Shown: positions 40,701 to 53,797 of the stretch, piece after piece
Layout: each line of letters begins with the position of its first letter
Position numbering within the stretch: the first letter of the stretch is position 1
Source: Macrostomum lignano
Lineage: Eukaryota
Assembly (NCBI GenBank): GCA_002269645.1
Contig: NIVC01000033.1
Span: 113,335 to 177,334 of the forward strand
Direction: 5' to 3'
Length of the DNA: 64,000 nt
Made by a program: the position numbers and the translations under genes
The notes under the pieces: generated by a model
Seen by the model: only the letters and a program-made list of their open reading frames with translations
The model's database searches: none
Told to the model about the DNA's origin: nothing

Positions 40701-43700
40701 TGGCGCGCAGGCAGCGTCCAGGTTGTCCAGCAGCAGGCCAGCGGGCGCCCGGGCCGCGGCAAGGCGGGCCGACCGCCACAGCCGCCTGCGCGCCGATGCG
40801 AACTCCAGCCGGGCCAGCCGACGGCAGTCCACGGCGTCGCCGGCGTGGAAGCCGTTGCGACGCAGCCGCGACGCGAACCGACACAGTAGCGCCGTTTTGC
40901 CTGAGCCGCCGCCGCCACCGCTGCTGTCATCTCGAAACAGAGTCAGGCAGCTCAGCCTGCTGGGACCGGCCACGGCCGCGGTGAACTGGCGAAACAGCTG
41001 ACTGACCAGCGGCTCCAGGGCGTCAGCCAGCCAGTCTGGCAGCTGTTCGTTGTCGCCACCATCGCCATCTTGATCATTGACAGCGGCTGACTCAACTGTC
41101 GAGATGCCCAGCCGGGGTCCCAATTCGCGGCATAGGAGAGCGAATGGCAACTGAGGCGGCTGCTGCTGTTTGGCACTGCTCGGGAGGAAAACCAGCTCGG
41201 TCAGGCAGGCGTGATGGACACCGCTGTCTTCTGAAGCCAGTTTTTGTTTTCTTCTACTTTTTATGATCATACACTGGCTGCCGCTACCCTCCTGTGGGTC
41301 ATTTAGTGGCTGCCGCTACCCTCCTGTGGGTAATTTAGTGGCTGCCGCTACCCTCCTGTGGGTAATTTAGTGGCTGCCGCTACCCTCCTGTGGGTCATTT
41401 AGTGGCTGCCGCTACCCTCCTGTGGGTAATTTAGTGGCTGCCGCTACCCTCCTGTGGGTAATTTAGTGGCTGCTGCTACCCTCCTGTGGGTCATTCAGTG
41501 GCTGCCGCTACCATCCTGTGGGTCATACACTGGCTGCCGCTACCATCCTGTGGGTTATTCAGTGGCTGCCGCTACCATCCTGTGGGTTATTCAGTGGCTG
41601 CCGCTACCCTCCTGTGGGTCATTCAGTGGCTGTCAAGCAATATAAAATCCAAAAATTAAAGACACAACCATAACAAATAATATTAATAGACTCACCGGTA
41701 AAGGCGAGCTTTCTATTGCCCAAAATCAAGGCCGGATTATCAGCTGTTCTTGTCCTGATAAATCCCTCCAGCGCCTGTTTGACAGCCTGACAAAGGAAAC
41801 GAGAATTGAAACACGGTCTGGATTATAAACAGAAGCATTTGTCGGGAATTATATAAATGACAGTCAGTCTCGCAAGTCTAACAAGCACACAATCTCTCAT
41901 ACCAAAAACACACATGTGAGCACAGCACTAACATGCAATTTGTCGGCTTTGCCAGACAATCGAAGCTCTTTCAATCGAATGCAGCCTTTGATAAAATCTG
42001 AGGTGACATCGGAGCCGGCGGTCTCGGCCTGAAGAACACGAGGCTTGACCAGCCGCAGCCAGGAGCCGCAGGCGATGCCAAGGGCAGCGGCGCAGGCTGG
42101 GGTCAACTGGAGACAGTCCGCAGGCACGGAGTCGCAGGGCAGCAGCTTCAACAGCAGAGGGCCGCCAGCTTTGGCTGATGACTCATCCATCACGGCTGAC
42201 TCTTGCGGTCCTAACAGCTGGACTTCGACCAGACACCAGCTGGCACTGCGGCTGCCGCCGGCTGACCGCAGGTGGCGCGGACTGACGAGGCCGCAGTTTG
42301 GCTCGGCGATGCGGTCGGAGGCTTCGGGAACTGCGCGAGCCTGCGGTTTTGAGTTTGAGATGTGCAGGCTTGATCATAATTTAAGGACTTTTGAATAGCA
42401 AAAAGCATGGTTTCGTGTCACAGCGTGTGTCAGTAACGCATCAGCTTTCATTTTGTGTCATAGCGTGTGTCAGTGACACATCAGCTTTCATTTTGTGTCA
42501 TAGCGTGTGTCAGTGACACATCAGCTTTCATTTTGTGTCATAGCGTGTGTCAGTGACACATCAGCTTTCATTTTGTGTCATAGCGTGTGTCAGTGACACA
42601 TCAGCTTTCATTTTGTGTCACAGCGTGTGTCATGACACCAGTTTTTATTTTGTCATAGCGTGTCATGACACCAGTTTTATTTTGTGTTATAGTGAGTGTC
42701 ATGACACCAGTTTTTATTTTGTGTCATAGTGAGTGTCATGACAAACTGTAAACATGGAGTCTGCAGACTTGTGCAGCTTCTCTGGGACAGAGGCTCAGCA
42801 GTGTAAAAGGTCCGGTAGCGATGTTGGTATTTGAACTGACGCCAGCTGGCATCCTGAGTTTGGCATTCCCGTGGAATATCAAGACAGTTTATTTAGCTTT
42901 CACAAGCTCGAAATGTCCATCAACTCACCTGTAGCAGCAGCGGGCGATGGTAACTCGGCCTTGAGCTGCTCGCAGGCGACACTCCAGCCGGTCCGTTCGT
43001 CAGCTGGCCGACGCAACGTCTGCAGGCGGCCCGCAGCCGCAGCAGCTGGCCGATGCCCAGGCCGTGGCCAATCAGCCAGCGGCAGACAAAATCCGCCAGC
43101 TTCCACAGAATGCCGGGCAACCAAGCTGGCCGGACTGCGGAGTCTTCATCACCAGCAACTGGCAATGCGGCCTCTTCTGCTGCAGGCTCTGCTTCTGTTG
43201 GCGAATTTCCTGGCGTTGCCAATCCGTTGCCAAGGCCAACAGCTCGTCCGCCGCTGAATTGACCATGCTGACGGCAGTTCAAATGCAGCGTAGTGCTGAT
43301 GCCCAGCCGGCCGAATTTGTTCTCAATGCTGATTGGATGAAAGTTTTCCACTGTGCAGTACACCAGCTGGCCGCCGCACCACACTGGCAGCTGCATGCCG
43401 AGGTACACGAATGAGCACTGCAGCAGGAAGCCCTGCTCAAGCTCTGCCTCGCATTTGCGCTGCAATGCAGGATTTGTGAGGACTTCTTATCTTTGAACCT
43501 CACAGGTACTTCAGTGTGTTTCTATCCCTGATGCTCACAGGTACTTCAGTGTGTTTCTATCCCTGATGCTCACAGGTACTTCAGTGTGTTTCTATCCCTG
43601 ATGCTCACAGGTACTTCAGTGTGTTTCTATCCCTGATGCTCACAGGTACTTCAGTGTGCTTCTATCCCTGATGCTCACATGTACATGTGGTTGCTAAAAC

Positions 43701-44238
43701 TTGAACCCGGAGAATTTAGACTTTGGCATATAACTTACCAAAACATCCAAATCGAATGATGTCGCATCTAATGACACTGAGGACAGCAATGGAACAGTGC
43801 TAGGATCAATAACAGTCAGGGTTACCTGAAGTATCGATAAAAAATATATACTTAGTATAAACAGAAGGCTAATGTAAATTTAGACAAGAAAATAGCTGTT
43901 TAATTAATCTTACAAAGTCATCAGCGTTTAAGTGAAGTTTCTTGAACAAATAGTTAGGGATGCTTAGAACTGAAGATGGCGCAGTACCAACACAGGCTAC
44001 AGAGCATGCCACGAATGCTGGCACTTTAGCATCAATGGATGCATACACAATCTGCAGTGTTAATATTTAATTGATGTAGTAAAAATCAATAAGTTGATAA
44101 GTGCATACAATATTATGTTTCAAAACTCACCCCATTTTTAACAAGACTGGCTGAAATATGTTGACTAGAACTGAGCTTGCATGTGCATGTTTTTTCATAG
44201 TTAGTAGATACTTTGACATTGCTAATTATCATAATCAT
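37763..44238 (-). CDS. PEX1: Peroxisomal AAA+ ATPase PEX1, multi-exon
   Basis: D2 ring motifs GPSGCGKS and FLDE|[29 protein letters not shown]...LLRPGR (last exon 38275-37763). Degenerate D1 GGSGKT/LLLDNLD. C-terminus PGRRVMFA resembles PEX1 PGQKVTLA. N-domain exons at 44051-43914, 43825-43739 and 43459-42929. The first exon (44238-44131) and some middle boundaries are tentative. Confidence 0.92.
38340..38530. repeat. ~30-bp minisatellite in the last PEX1 intron
   Basis: ACATGACCCGTACAGCCTTTGGTGCACACT and degenerate copies. Confidence 0.85.
38935..39400. repeat. Degenerate ~23-bp minisatellite in a PEX1 intron
   Basis: Variants of GGGTGTTTATAGCTACTCTTAGT. Confidence 0.88.
41272..41632. repeat. 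32-bp minisatellite in a PEX1 intron
   Basis: About 11 copies of GTGGCTGCCGCTACCCTCCTGTGGGTAATTTA. Confidence 0.94.
42412..42742. repeat. 40-bp minisatellite in a PEX1 intron
   Basis: GTGTCATAGCGTGTGTCAGTGACACATCAGCTTTCATTTT, shortening toward the right. Confidence 0.9.
43500..43680. repeat. 35-bp minisatellite in a PEX1 intron
   Basis: Five copies of CACAGGTACTTCAGTGTGTTTCTATCCCTGATGCT. Confidence 0.94.
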
Positions 44239-47200
44239 GAAATATAGACCATGAGTTAAAAATATATTTGTTTGGCTTTTATTGTAATCATTAGTGTTTA
44301 ATGTGTACTTAAATTTTTATATCACATTAGACATAAAAAATGGAAAATCACTAGACAACAAATAAGATAGCTATCTTGACTTGTGTCTGCAAAATCTTAA
44401 TAACTTTTGTTTTGATCTTAATAAAAAGATGGCAACAATATTTTGAGACTAGATTTGAGAAATTTCTTTTTCATAGTAATTTAGATGTCCATTTATTTAA
44501 ATATTGAAAAAACATTTTGGTTAAAAAATATTAAAATAAATCATAAAACAAATTTCATTTTAATACAGTACAAGAATTATAGATAACCATTAACATAGCA
44601 ATAATAAAATATTAAAATAAATTATTGTTATCTAAAAAATACCTTGTTTGATGCCTTGAAAAAATACATTTAAAAGCACTAATAATTTCAACTTTGTCCA
44701 AATACTAATAGCTTAGTTAGGGACTGAATAAATTATTATGTATATAGCATTTTCATAGAAAATAGTAGACCATATTTAGTTTTCATGGCTACTTTTGTGA
44801 CACAAAATTTGGTTTGTTTATTTATTGCAAGGTGGGTCTAAGATCTATTTCATTAAGTTCATTAGTCTCAATAGTGGATTAATTTTGCATTTGTTTTTTA
44901 TGAGATATTATAATTAACCTTTTATCTAGTTAAATTAGATATTAATTAATAAAAATATTTTGTTACTAATTTTTATAAACTCACTCAAAGTCAAGTAGCC
45001 TTTTTGTTAAAATTTTGGTATAAATTTTAGGAAACTTTTTATTTTAAGATAAAGCTTTTATTCTAGTATGCAATACTACTAGAGGTTGGATGAGTAGAAA
45101 AATTTGGTCGGGCATGAAATTTTGTGAAATTTTTAAAGTCGGGCATGATTGTGATCATGAATTTATATTTGCATACACGTATTTTGAGCTTGTAAGTTAC
45201 AAGTGTTGAAAATAACAAAACAAGAAAAGAAATATTTATAAATTGATAATAGCTACTTGGTAATGCTGTCAAGTCAACAAAATTAAAATTGATTACTCTT
45301 TTACACATTTGTGTTCACATATTTTGGTAAACCAAGTAGAAAAGTTATACTTCTAATAAAAATGTAATAAAGCGGAAATTCACGACTGTCGTGAATGGGT
45401 TTCAAGGAAATAATGATTGTGAAAAAAATGGTTGTGAATTCATGAAATCGTGATCACGATTGTGATCACGTCTGACCCCTAAATACTACATTATCTTGAT
45501 TCTAGCTTGTAGACCTTAGATAGAAAAGAACAAAGGAAAAACGGACTAAGAAAAAAAGTATAGACTAGAAAGTTAAAAAATTCTTTTTAAAGACTACGAT
45601 ATTAATAAGATTTTGAAAGTTATTTTTTATTAATATTTCATTCTATTTGGTATCTTATTTGCTTAAATAAAGATATCTCACTTCTAAAAATTGGTTAAAT
45701 TAAATAAGTTACAAAAATTTTGCATCTCAAAGTTCATTTAATTAAGAAAAGATTTTTGTTGTACCATATAAATATATTATTAACTATACAAGCTAGCTAG
45801 ACCCTGGGAAAGAATATGGCCTAACGTAGTCTTAAACCTTTGCCTTTGCAACAATGCCTAAATAATTATTGCTTGAAGACTATAGAAACATGTGCCATTT
45901 TTGTACTAAATTTAAAAAAATAAGGGCAAAAAATGGGAAAAACATATGCTTCTAGAAAATGGAAAACCATTGCAAAATTAAAGGAATATAACAAAAGTTA
46001 GTAAATACAATAGAATATAAACATATTTGACTACAAAAAATAAAGAAAAAAATTAAGACAAATAAATTTTTTCATATAGGCCTACTCCAAAAAGAGCCCA
46101 GAAAAAAAATTGTTTTTGAGTTTTTGTCTTTTGAAAAACATAGATGGAACTTTTATATGATGCTTTCTATTAGGCCCTAGGCCTATATGAGCCTTGTTTC
46201 TAGGCCTAATGTAAAAAATTACTTGTTCATTTACATAATATTGATTCAAAGTTAGAGCCAAAATATATGTAAACTTCTATTTAAAATAGAAATTTTGTGC
46301 AGTTTCTTTTTCAAATATGCATTGATATTTTTTTCTGTTGTATTATCCAAAATGGCATATAATATAGGCCTAAACAAGACAAAACAATGATCTCATTGCC
46401 AGCTCTTCCTACAATTCTAATAATGGCACCAATGTCATTGGGTAAATGGTAAGGTAATTATTACCACTGCTTTATAGGAGTGACTTGTCATCTTATAAGT
46501 CAAAGTTGATTTTCATTTTACTTCAAGCTTCATTGCATTGAACATTAATTTATATTTGCATGTAAGCATGCATATACATGATCTTTAGCCATGAATATGC
46601 TAGCCATACAACTTACTTTTTGGATCAAAAAAGCAACTTAACTATGAAAGAAGCATAAGTAAAGTTAATGTAATGTTTGGGTAAATAGTAGGAATAACTG
46701 TAACTGTATTAGTATTACAATGGCTAAATGCCTTATCAGCTAATTAGTACTTAGGCCTAGTAGGCCTTTATTTTAGGATTAGGTAGGATTTTACATTAGT
46801 CTGTGTAGTGTGTACTAATGTAAAATCACTTTTTTTCTTGAATTGAATTTATCACAGCGACATATATTTCGAAATGTACTTTAAAGTTAAAAGGTAAGTT
46901 AAGTTACATTTCGAAACCGTAAATGCATAACTAGAATATAAAAATGTGTAAAGCAGCAGAGACATATGGCAGAGGAACACATAAAAAACGTTTTAAAACA
47001 AAGCCTTATGACTGTTATGAGCTTTGTAAAACAAACCCAGACGCTAAACTAAACGCACTAGACGCATCAGTTAAAAGGTATTGTGTCATTTATTATTCTA
47101 TGACAAAGCTTAAAGTAGCTTTTGTTTTAATATCAATGTCTAAGTAATTGCCGGTAAAGTTCAAAGATTTTGTTATGAAAGTTTTAGAACATTTTTGTTA

Positions 47201-47303
47201 CCTCAGTTTAGTTTTGTGTCGGTTTAATGTGGCGATTCTGTCTTTCAAACTTTTAATGGGGAATGAACAAGATAAATCTTGTAGCCTTCTATGGCGTACA
47301 AAG

Positions 47304-47335
47304 CAAGGACCACTGTCTATATACAGTGGTCCTTG
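47304..47335. mobile_element. 32-bp hAT-like mini-element (13-bp TIRs, 8-bp TSD)
   Basis: GTACAAAG-[CAAGGACCACTGT CTATAT ACAGTGGTCCTTG]-GTACAAAG. Confidence 0.65.
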
Positions 47336-48974
47336 GTACAAAGTATGTAGCATGTGATTTGATTTTACATGTACTGCTGATTTTGTGGTCTGTACAGACG
47401 AGACCGTTATTGTCCTAATCATCATAATTAACTGACTAAAGCGAGAAGAAATTTAAAAAACATCTTGTCAAGAACCACGAAAAAATCGCGATATAATACT
47501 GTAATTTTAAGCACTAAAGTCTCGGCTCTCAGCTTCTTATACCGGTATAAGTCGTCTGAAAAATGTAACATAATCGTACATGAATCAGAGCTACAAGTGC
47601 CCAAGGACTACTCAAGTAACATATACTCAAGTTGTCCTTGCAACTTGATCTATGCATATGTACTTCCATCGCAGCATCATGAGCTCGTGGATCGATACAG
47701 TGCACTTGCATAACTTATTGGCTTACATGTATTTAGTCTACATGTACATGTATATTATGCTTACTACTACTATTTGCATGTACAGTATAGAATAACAATA
47801 TTATTATACAGTAAGGTATACAGCGTATTACAGAATTCAGCAGTTGGGCAACAACTGGTGTTCATATGATGGCTCGCATTTTTTTACAAAAAGACGAGCT
47901 ACATGTACTATATGCTACTAGACGTGCTTACAAATGCACGGCGACGGCGAGTTTACATAAACTTAATTAACGATATATAATTAATATATATGTAAGTCAC
48001 ACATGCATATTTGTGTAAAAGCTGTGTAAAAACTGCGACACAGGTGTCGATGTCGGCGCCCTTTTGACACTGCTTTTAAAACCTGATAGGGAATTTTTTC
48101 TTTTGCAAGTTTTTTATAAATAGCAATCAAAGTACGCGTATTACATGTACATGTATAGCATGTGTAATCGAAGCCCCGCGCTTGCTTGTAAACAATCGAA
48201 GCGATCAATCAAAGGGCGCCACGAAAACAAATTAACAAACGAAATCTCTCTGCATACACATAAAAATTCCCAGAAGTTTTTGCTACCGTGAAATTTGTCT
48301 CGGCCAGCACGCAGCTGTTGATGGAACCTTACCTAGATTATGTCATTGATTTGCGCACACAGCATTGGATGACCACACATGGCTGATTCATGCATCCAGC
48401 CTGTCCTTTGCATGCATGGTGCGATACTACATGTAGGTGGTCAAAAATGTCATCCGTTATGCGACTGTTCGCTCGCTTGACCGGTGGCCTCTGTGACTTT
48501 TATTCCTCGCCTTTGCATGTTTTTTCGAGGCTAATACTCTTGCGCGTCTGTTTTTCACAAATCAATAGCGGCAAGGAGAGGCAACACACGCAGCTTTGCA
48601 CAGCGGGAGGGCTTGGACAATTCATCCAGTATAGCCCAGCTACCGCACGCTGCCGCTGCCGTGTCGGCTCTTTCGTCGGGTGTAGCTCGTACTGTAAAGG
48701 ATCGGATACATGCAGGGGAAGGCTTGACATTAAGAAAAAAACCTGCAGGGCCCGGGTCCAAAACACAGCGTTTCAATCTTCCTTCACCCCGTTGGTGGCT
48801 GAAGCCGATTTCTGCCAACCACCCGCTGCTTTTACTGGCGGACCTACAGTAGCTCCCCCTCCCACCGAGGCTGTGCAGTATTTGTTGGCAAACAATTCAC
48901 CCTGTGCCTGCAAATTCCGGCAAGTCGGGACAATCAAAGTCACAAACTAACTAGTGTGTTGCAGCAGCGCCAGA

Positions 48975-51900
48975 ATGACGCCAGCACCGTCCACCAAGAC
49001 CGAGCAGGACTTTGCCGACTGTGCATTCGGCGACTTCTGGCTGCGCAAGATGCGGACGCTCTACAAGCAGCTGGACGCTGTTGGCAACGGCTACCTGTGC
49101 CTCGACGACATGATCGAGCTGCCCACCTTGCTGCTGGACGCGTTCCCCAAGATGGCGACGGAGTCGGGAGACACGCTGGTCAAGTCAATGATTGACCTCT
49201 GGTACGGTTTTCTGTGCACCTCGGTTGACGAGGACCATCGCTGCCATCACCAGCTGCTGGAGAACGATCTCATCGAGAGCCTGAAACGGACCTTGAACAC
49301 CGGTTTCAAGGAGCACCTGTACGAGGGCCTGGTGAAGCCGCTGTTTCAAGCAGCCGATTGCGACGCTGACGGCCTCATCAGCATGCTGGAGTACAAGACT
49401 ATGATGCGAGCTTTCAAGGTGCCGGACCGGGACTCTGAGCTCATCTTCAAGCTGCAGGACACCGAGCACAAGGGCAAGATTGGCTTGGAAACTTTTCGGG
49501 CCATCTTGGCGAACTACTTCTACAGCGAAGACGAAAAGACAGGTAGGAGGTTTGGCCTCACTCCGGTCATTAGCTCGGCCTCACTCTGGTCATTAGCTTG
49601 TTGCACCTCACTCTGGTCATTAGCTTGGCCTCACTCCGGTCATTAGCTCGGCCTCACTCCGGTCATTAGCTTGTTGCACCTCACTCTGGTCATTAGCTTG
49701 GCCTCACTCCGGTCATTAGCTCGGCCTCACTCTGGTAATTAGCTTGTTGCACCTCACTCTGGTCATTAGCTTGTTGCACCTCACTCTGGTCATTAGCTCG
49801 GCCTCACTCTGGTAATTAGCTTGTTGCACCTCACTCTGGTCATTAGCTCGGCCTCACTCTGGTCATTAGCTTGTTGCACCTCACTCTGGTCATTAGCTTG
49901 GCCTCACTCCGGTCATTAGCTCGGCCTCACTCCGGTCATTAGCTTGTTGCACCTCACTCTGGTCATTAGCTTGGCCTCACTCCGGTCATTAGCTCGGCCT
50001 CACTCTGGTAATTAGCTTGTTGCACCTCACTCTGGTCATTAGCTTGTTGCACCTCACTCTGGTCATTAGCTCGGCCTCACTCTGGTCATTAGCTTGTTGC
50101 ACCTCACTCTGGTCATTAGCTCGGCCTCACTCTGGTCATTAGCTTGTTGCACCTCACTCTGGTCATTAGCTTGGCCTCACTCCGGTCATTAGCTCGGCCT
50201 CACTCCGGTCATTAGCTCGGCTTCACTCCGGTCATTAGCTCGACCTCACTCTGGTCATTAGCTCGGCCTCACTCTGGTCATTAGCTTGTTGCACCACACT
50301 CTGGTCATTAGCTTGGCCTCACTCCGGTCATTAGCTCGGCCTCACTCCGGTCATTAGCTTGGCCTCACTTCGGTCATTAGCTCGGCCTCACTCCGGTCAT
50401 TACTTGGCCTCACTCCGGTCATTAGCTTGGCCTCACTCCGGTCATTAGCTCGGCCTCACTCCGGTCATTACCTTGTTGCACCTCACTCTGGTCATTAGCT
50501 TGGCCTCACTCCGGTCATTAGCTCGGCCTCACTCCGGTCATTAGCTCGACCTCACTCTGGTCATTAGCTCGGCCTCACTCTGGTCATTAGCTTGTTGCAC
50601 CACACTCTGGTCATTAGCTTGGCCTCACTCCGGTCATTAGCTTGGCCTCACTTCGGTCATTAGCTCGGCCTCACTCCGGTCATTACTTGGCCTCACTCCG
50701 GTCATTAGCTTGGCCTCACTCCGGTCATTAGCTCGGCCTCACTCCGGTCATTACCTTGTTGCACCTCACTCTGGTCATTAGCTTGGCCTCACTCCGGTCA
50801 TTAGCTCGGCCTCACTCCGGTCATTAGCTCGACCTCACTCTGGTCATTAGCTCGGCCTCACTCTGGTCATTAGCTTGTTGCACCACACTCTGGTCATTAG
50901 CTTGGCCTCACTCCGGTCATTAGCTCGGCCTCACTCCGGTCATTAGTTCGGCCCCCAAACGAACGCCTCCCCAACCGAAGGCCTCCGTGTATTCGGGCCG
51001 CTCATCAACTACAAGCGACCGGAGGACTTCGGCGAGGTGGCGTGCGGCCCCTGCTGGGAGGGCAAAATGCGCTGCATGTTTCGCCGACTGGACATCGCCA
51101 ACGAGGGCAAAATCAGCTGCAAGGATTTCATCCAGATAGCCAGGACTTTGTCCGTGCGCAGCCACCTGGACAAGCAGCGGAGCAACGCCGTTATGAGAGC
51201 GATTTTATCGTTGTGGATCAAGTTTATTGCCGTGGACAAGGACGGTGAGACTTGCGATAGTGCATGCTTACACCTGCAACAGGTGTTAGTGCATCCTCAT
51301 GATGAACCAACGCAACAGGTGTGACTACTATTAGTGCATTCCCATGATCACCAATGCAACAGGTGTGACTATTAATGCATTCTCATGGTCACCAATGCAA
51401 CAGGTGTGACTATCAGTGCATTCTCATGGTCACCAATGCAACAGGTGTGACTATCAGTGCATTCTCATGGTCACCAATGCAACAGGTGTGACTATCAGTG
51501 CATTCTCATGGTCACCAATGCAACAGGTGTGACTATCAGTGCATTCTCATGGTCACCAATGCAACAGGTGTGACTATCAGTGCATTATCATGGTCACCAA
51601 TGCAACAGGTGTGACTATCAGTGCATTCTCATGCACTTCCTACGCCAAACCCGCCTCCGACAACGCCGCCCACAGGAAAGCACTTCGCCTCCATCACGGA
51701 GAAGGAGTTCATCAAGAACATGCGCACGCTCATCAATGGGAAATTCCGTCACGAGATCGACCAATTCGGCTGGACTTTCTTCAAGGCCGTGGAAACTTCC
51801 GGTGACGGCTACATTCAGCTGCAGGAGTACCGCAACATCCAGGAGGCCTGGGGCGTCACCAGGGAGGAGGCCGACGGGTTCTTCAAGGTGCTCGACTTGG

Positions 51901-52321
51901 ACAAGGTGCGCTAGGGATATTGGGGAGATGGTATTTTGGTATGAAGGCTTGCAGAAAGTAGATGGAGTGGATATTGGGTAGAGTGGATATTGGGTAGAGT
52001 GGATATTTGGTAGAGCGGATATTGGGTAGAGTGGATATTGGGTAGAGTGGATATTTGGTAGAATGGATATTGGGTAGAGGGGATATCAAGTTAATGGGCA
52101 TCGGAAGGAAGGCATCTTGAGCAAATGATGCATTAATGGAGATTAAGCCTGTAGGATTTGCGGAAGAGAACTGTGGAACCCCGCCTGCTCACTCCCAGGA
52201 CAACCGCATCTCGTCAGACGAGTACCTGACGGCCTGGTGCGACTACTTCCTTGGCGAGGACCCGCACAGCAAGTACAAGGCCCTGTTCGGCCCCGTCATC
52301 GCCAAGCCGGCGGCGCCTTGA
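48975..52321 (+). CDS. Sarcoplasmic calcium-binding protein (SCP/calexcitin)-like protein with two tandem modules (394 aa)
   Basis: GT-AG exons 48975-49542, 50981-51244, 51676-51905 and 52199-52321 sum to 1185 nt. Each half starts W..KMR.....LD..G and ends YF..ED......FGP. EF loops include DCDADGLISMLE and DLDKDNRISSDE. Confidence 0.88.
49553..50950. repeat. Mixed 23/27-bp minisatellite filling SCP-like intron 1
   Basis: CCTCACTCCGGTCATTAGCTCGG interleaved with CCTCACTCTGGTCATTAGCTTGTTGCA. Confidence 0.96.
51340..51632. repeat. 41-bp minisatellite in SCP-like intron 2
   Basis: About 7 copies of CAATGCAACAGGTGTGACTATCAGTGCATTCTCATGGTCAC. Confidence 0.94.
51965..52082. repeat. 16-bp minisatellite in SCP-like intron 3
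   Basis: About 7 copies of GGGTAGAGTGGATATT. Confidence 0.92.
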
Positions 52322-53277
52322 CGCGAAACTGAAAGGGTTTTTGAGATAACAACAGCTCGTCAGTTTGATAGCCTTCAAACAAAATATGCTGCGATAAAAG
52401 TACACTCGCTACTTTCTTTATCCTGCCTTTCCTGCCTCTGATTTATTCAATTACTCCTAGCTTTACTCTCGAACTATTTGCAGGTAGATACCCGTTGCTA
52501 TGCCAGCTGTGTAGCCGTTGCTATGCAGGTGGGTATCCGTTGCTATGCTAGTGGATACCTGTTGCTATGCCAGCTGTGTACCCGTTGCTATGCCAGCTGT
52601 GTAGCCGTTGCTATGCTGTCGGATACCAGTTGCTGCTGTCGGATACCCGCTGCTATGCTGTCGGATACCCGTTGTTATATGCTGTCGGATACCCGTTGCT
52701 ATGCAGGTAGATTCCCGTTGCTACGCCGGGTAGATACCCTACAACCTTCAAAGCAGGTATATTAAAGTAGTGCCTGTCGAGCTTCCCAGCTTCACGTGAG
52801 GAAATCCATAAAAGATTCCCTGCTCCCAACGCAATGATTCAATAAATAATTCAGCTTTTTCCAAATGCATATTCCAATTTTCAACCTTCCCCTGCTATTT
52901 TACATGTACATAGTAATTTAAGCTGCCAATTGACGTAATTTATCTACTAGAGCAACGCATTCAACACCTTACTTTAAGTAGCATATAATATTTCACCATG
53001 CGATATTCAGACTTAAAATATATGATTGCTTTCTTAAAAGCCAATTCGTTAGAAATTATTTAAAGAATCTTAGTAGCTATCATAATTTATGGCAGTAAAT
53101 CCTGCAGTATTGTCGCAGGTGTTGATTGACTTTGTGAGTTGTTTCGTGTCTTACGGCCAGCTGCAATGCAAATCTATCGCTGCTTGACAGATGAGACCTT
53201 CGCCCAGCTGAATTGACTGCTGAGTTGCAGCAAATGTCAATCATTTTAGAATTGGCATCCCGGTGTCCCCATCTACT

Positions 53278-53797
53278 GGCGCCCCTCTCCTTGACGGGGC
53301 GCCCCTCTCCTTGACGGGGCGCCCCTCTCCTTGATGTGACGCCCCTCTCTTCAATGTGGCGCCCCTTTCCTTGGCGTGGCGCCCCTCTCCTTGACGTGGC
53401 GCCCCTCTCCTTGACGTGGCGCCCCTCTCCTTGACGTTGCGCCCCTCTCCTTGACGTGGCGACCCTCTCCTTGACGTGGCGCCCCTCTCTTCAATGTGGC
53501 GCCCCTCTCTTCAATGTGGCGCCCCTCTCTTCAATGTGGCGCCCCTTTCCTTGATGTGGCGACCCTCTCCTTGACGTTGCGCCCTCTCCTTGAGGTGGCG
53601 CCCCTCTCTTCAATGTGGCGCCCCTTTCCTTGATGTGGCGACCCTCTCCTTGACGTGGCGCCTCTTTTTAATGTGGAGCCCCTTTCCTTGACGTGGCGCC
53701 CCTCTATTTAATATGACAACCCACTCTTTAATGTGGCGCACCTCTGGCACCCCTATTCTCAGCGTGGCGCCCCTATCTTTAATATGGCGCTTCTTTC
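53278..53797. repeat. 20-bp minisatellite, interrupted by the solo LTR and resuming at 54608-54626
   Basis: About 25 copies of GCCCCTCTCCTTGACGTGGC. Confidence 0.93.

Noticed and set aside
47304-47360. Hairpin read as a Helitron 3' end
   Set aside because: There is no CTRR terminus at the expected distance on either strand, and the 8-bp direct repeat fits an hAT origin better.
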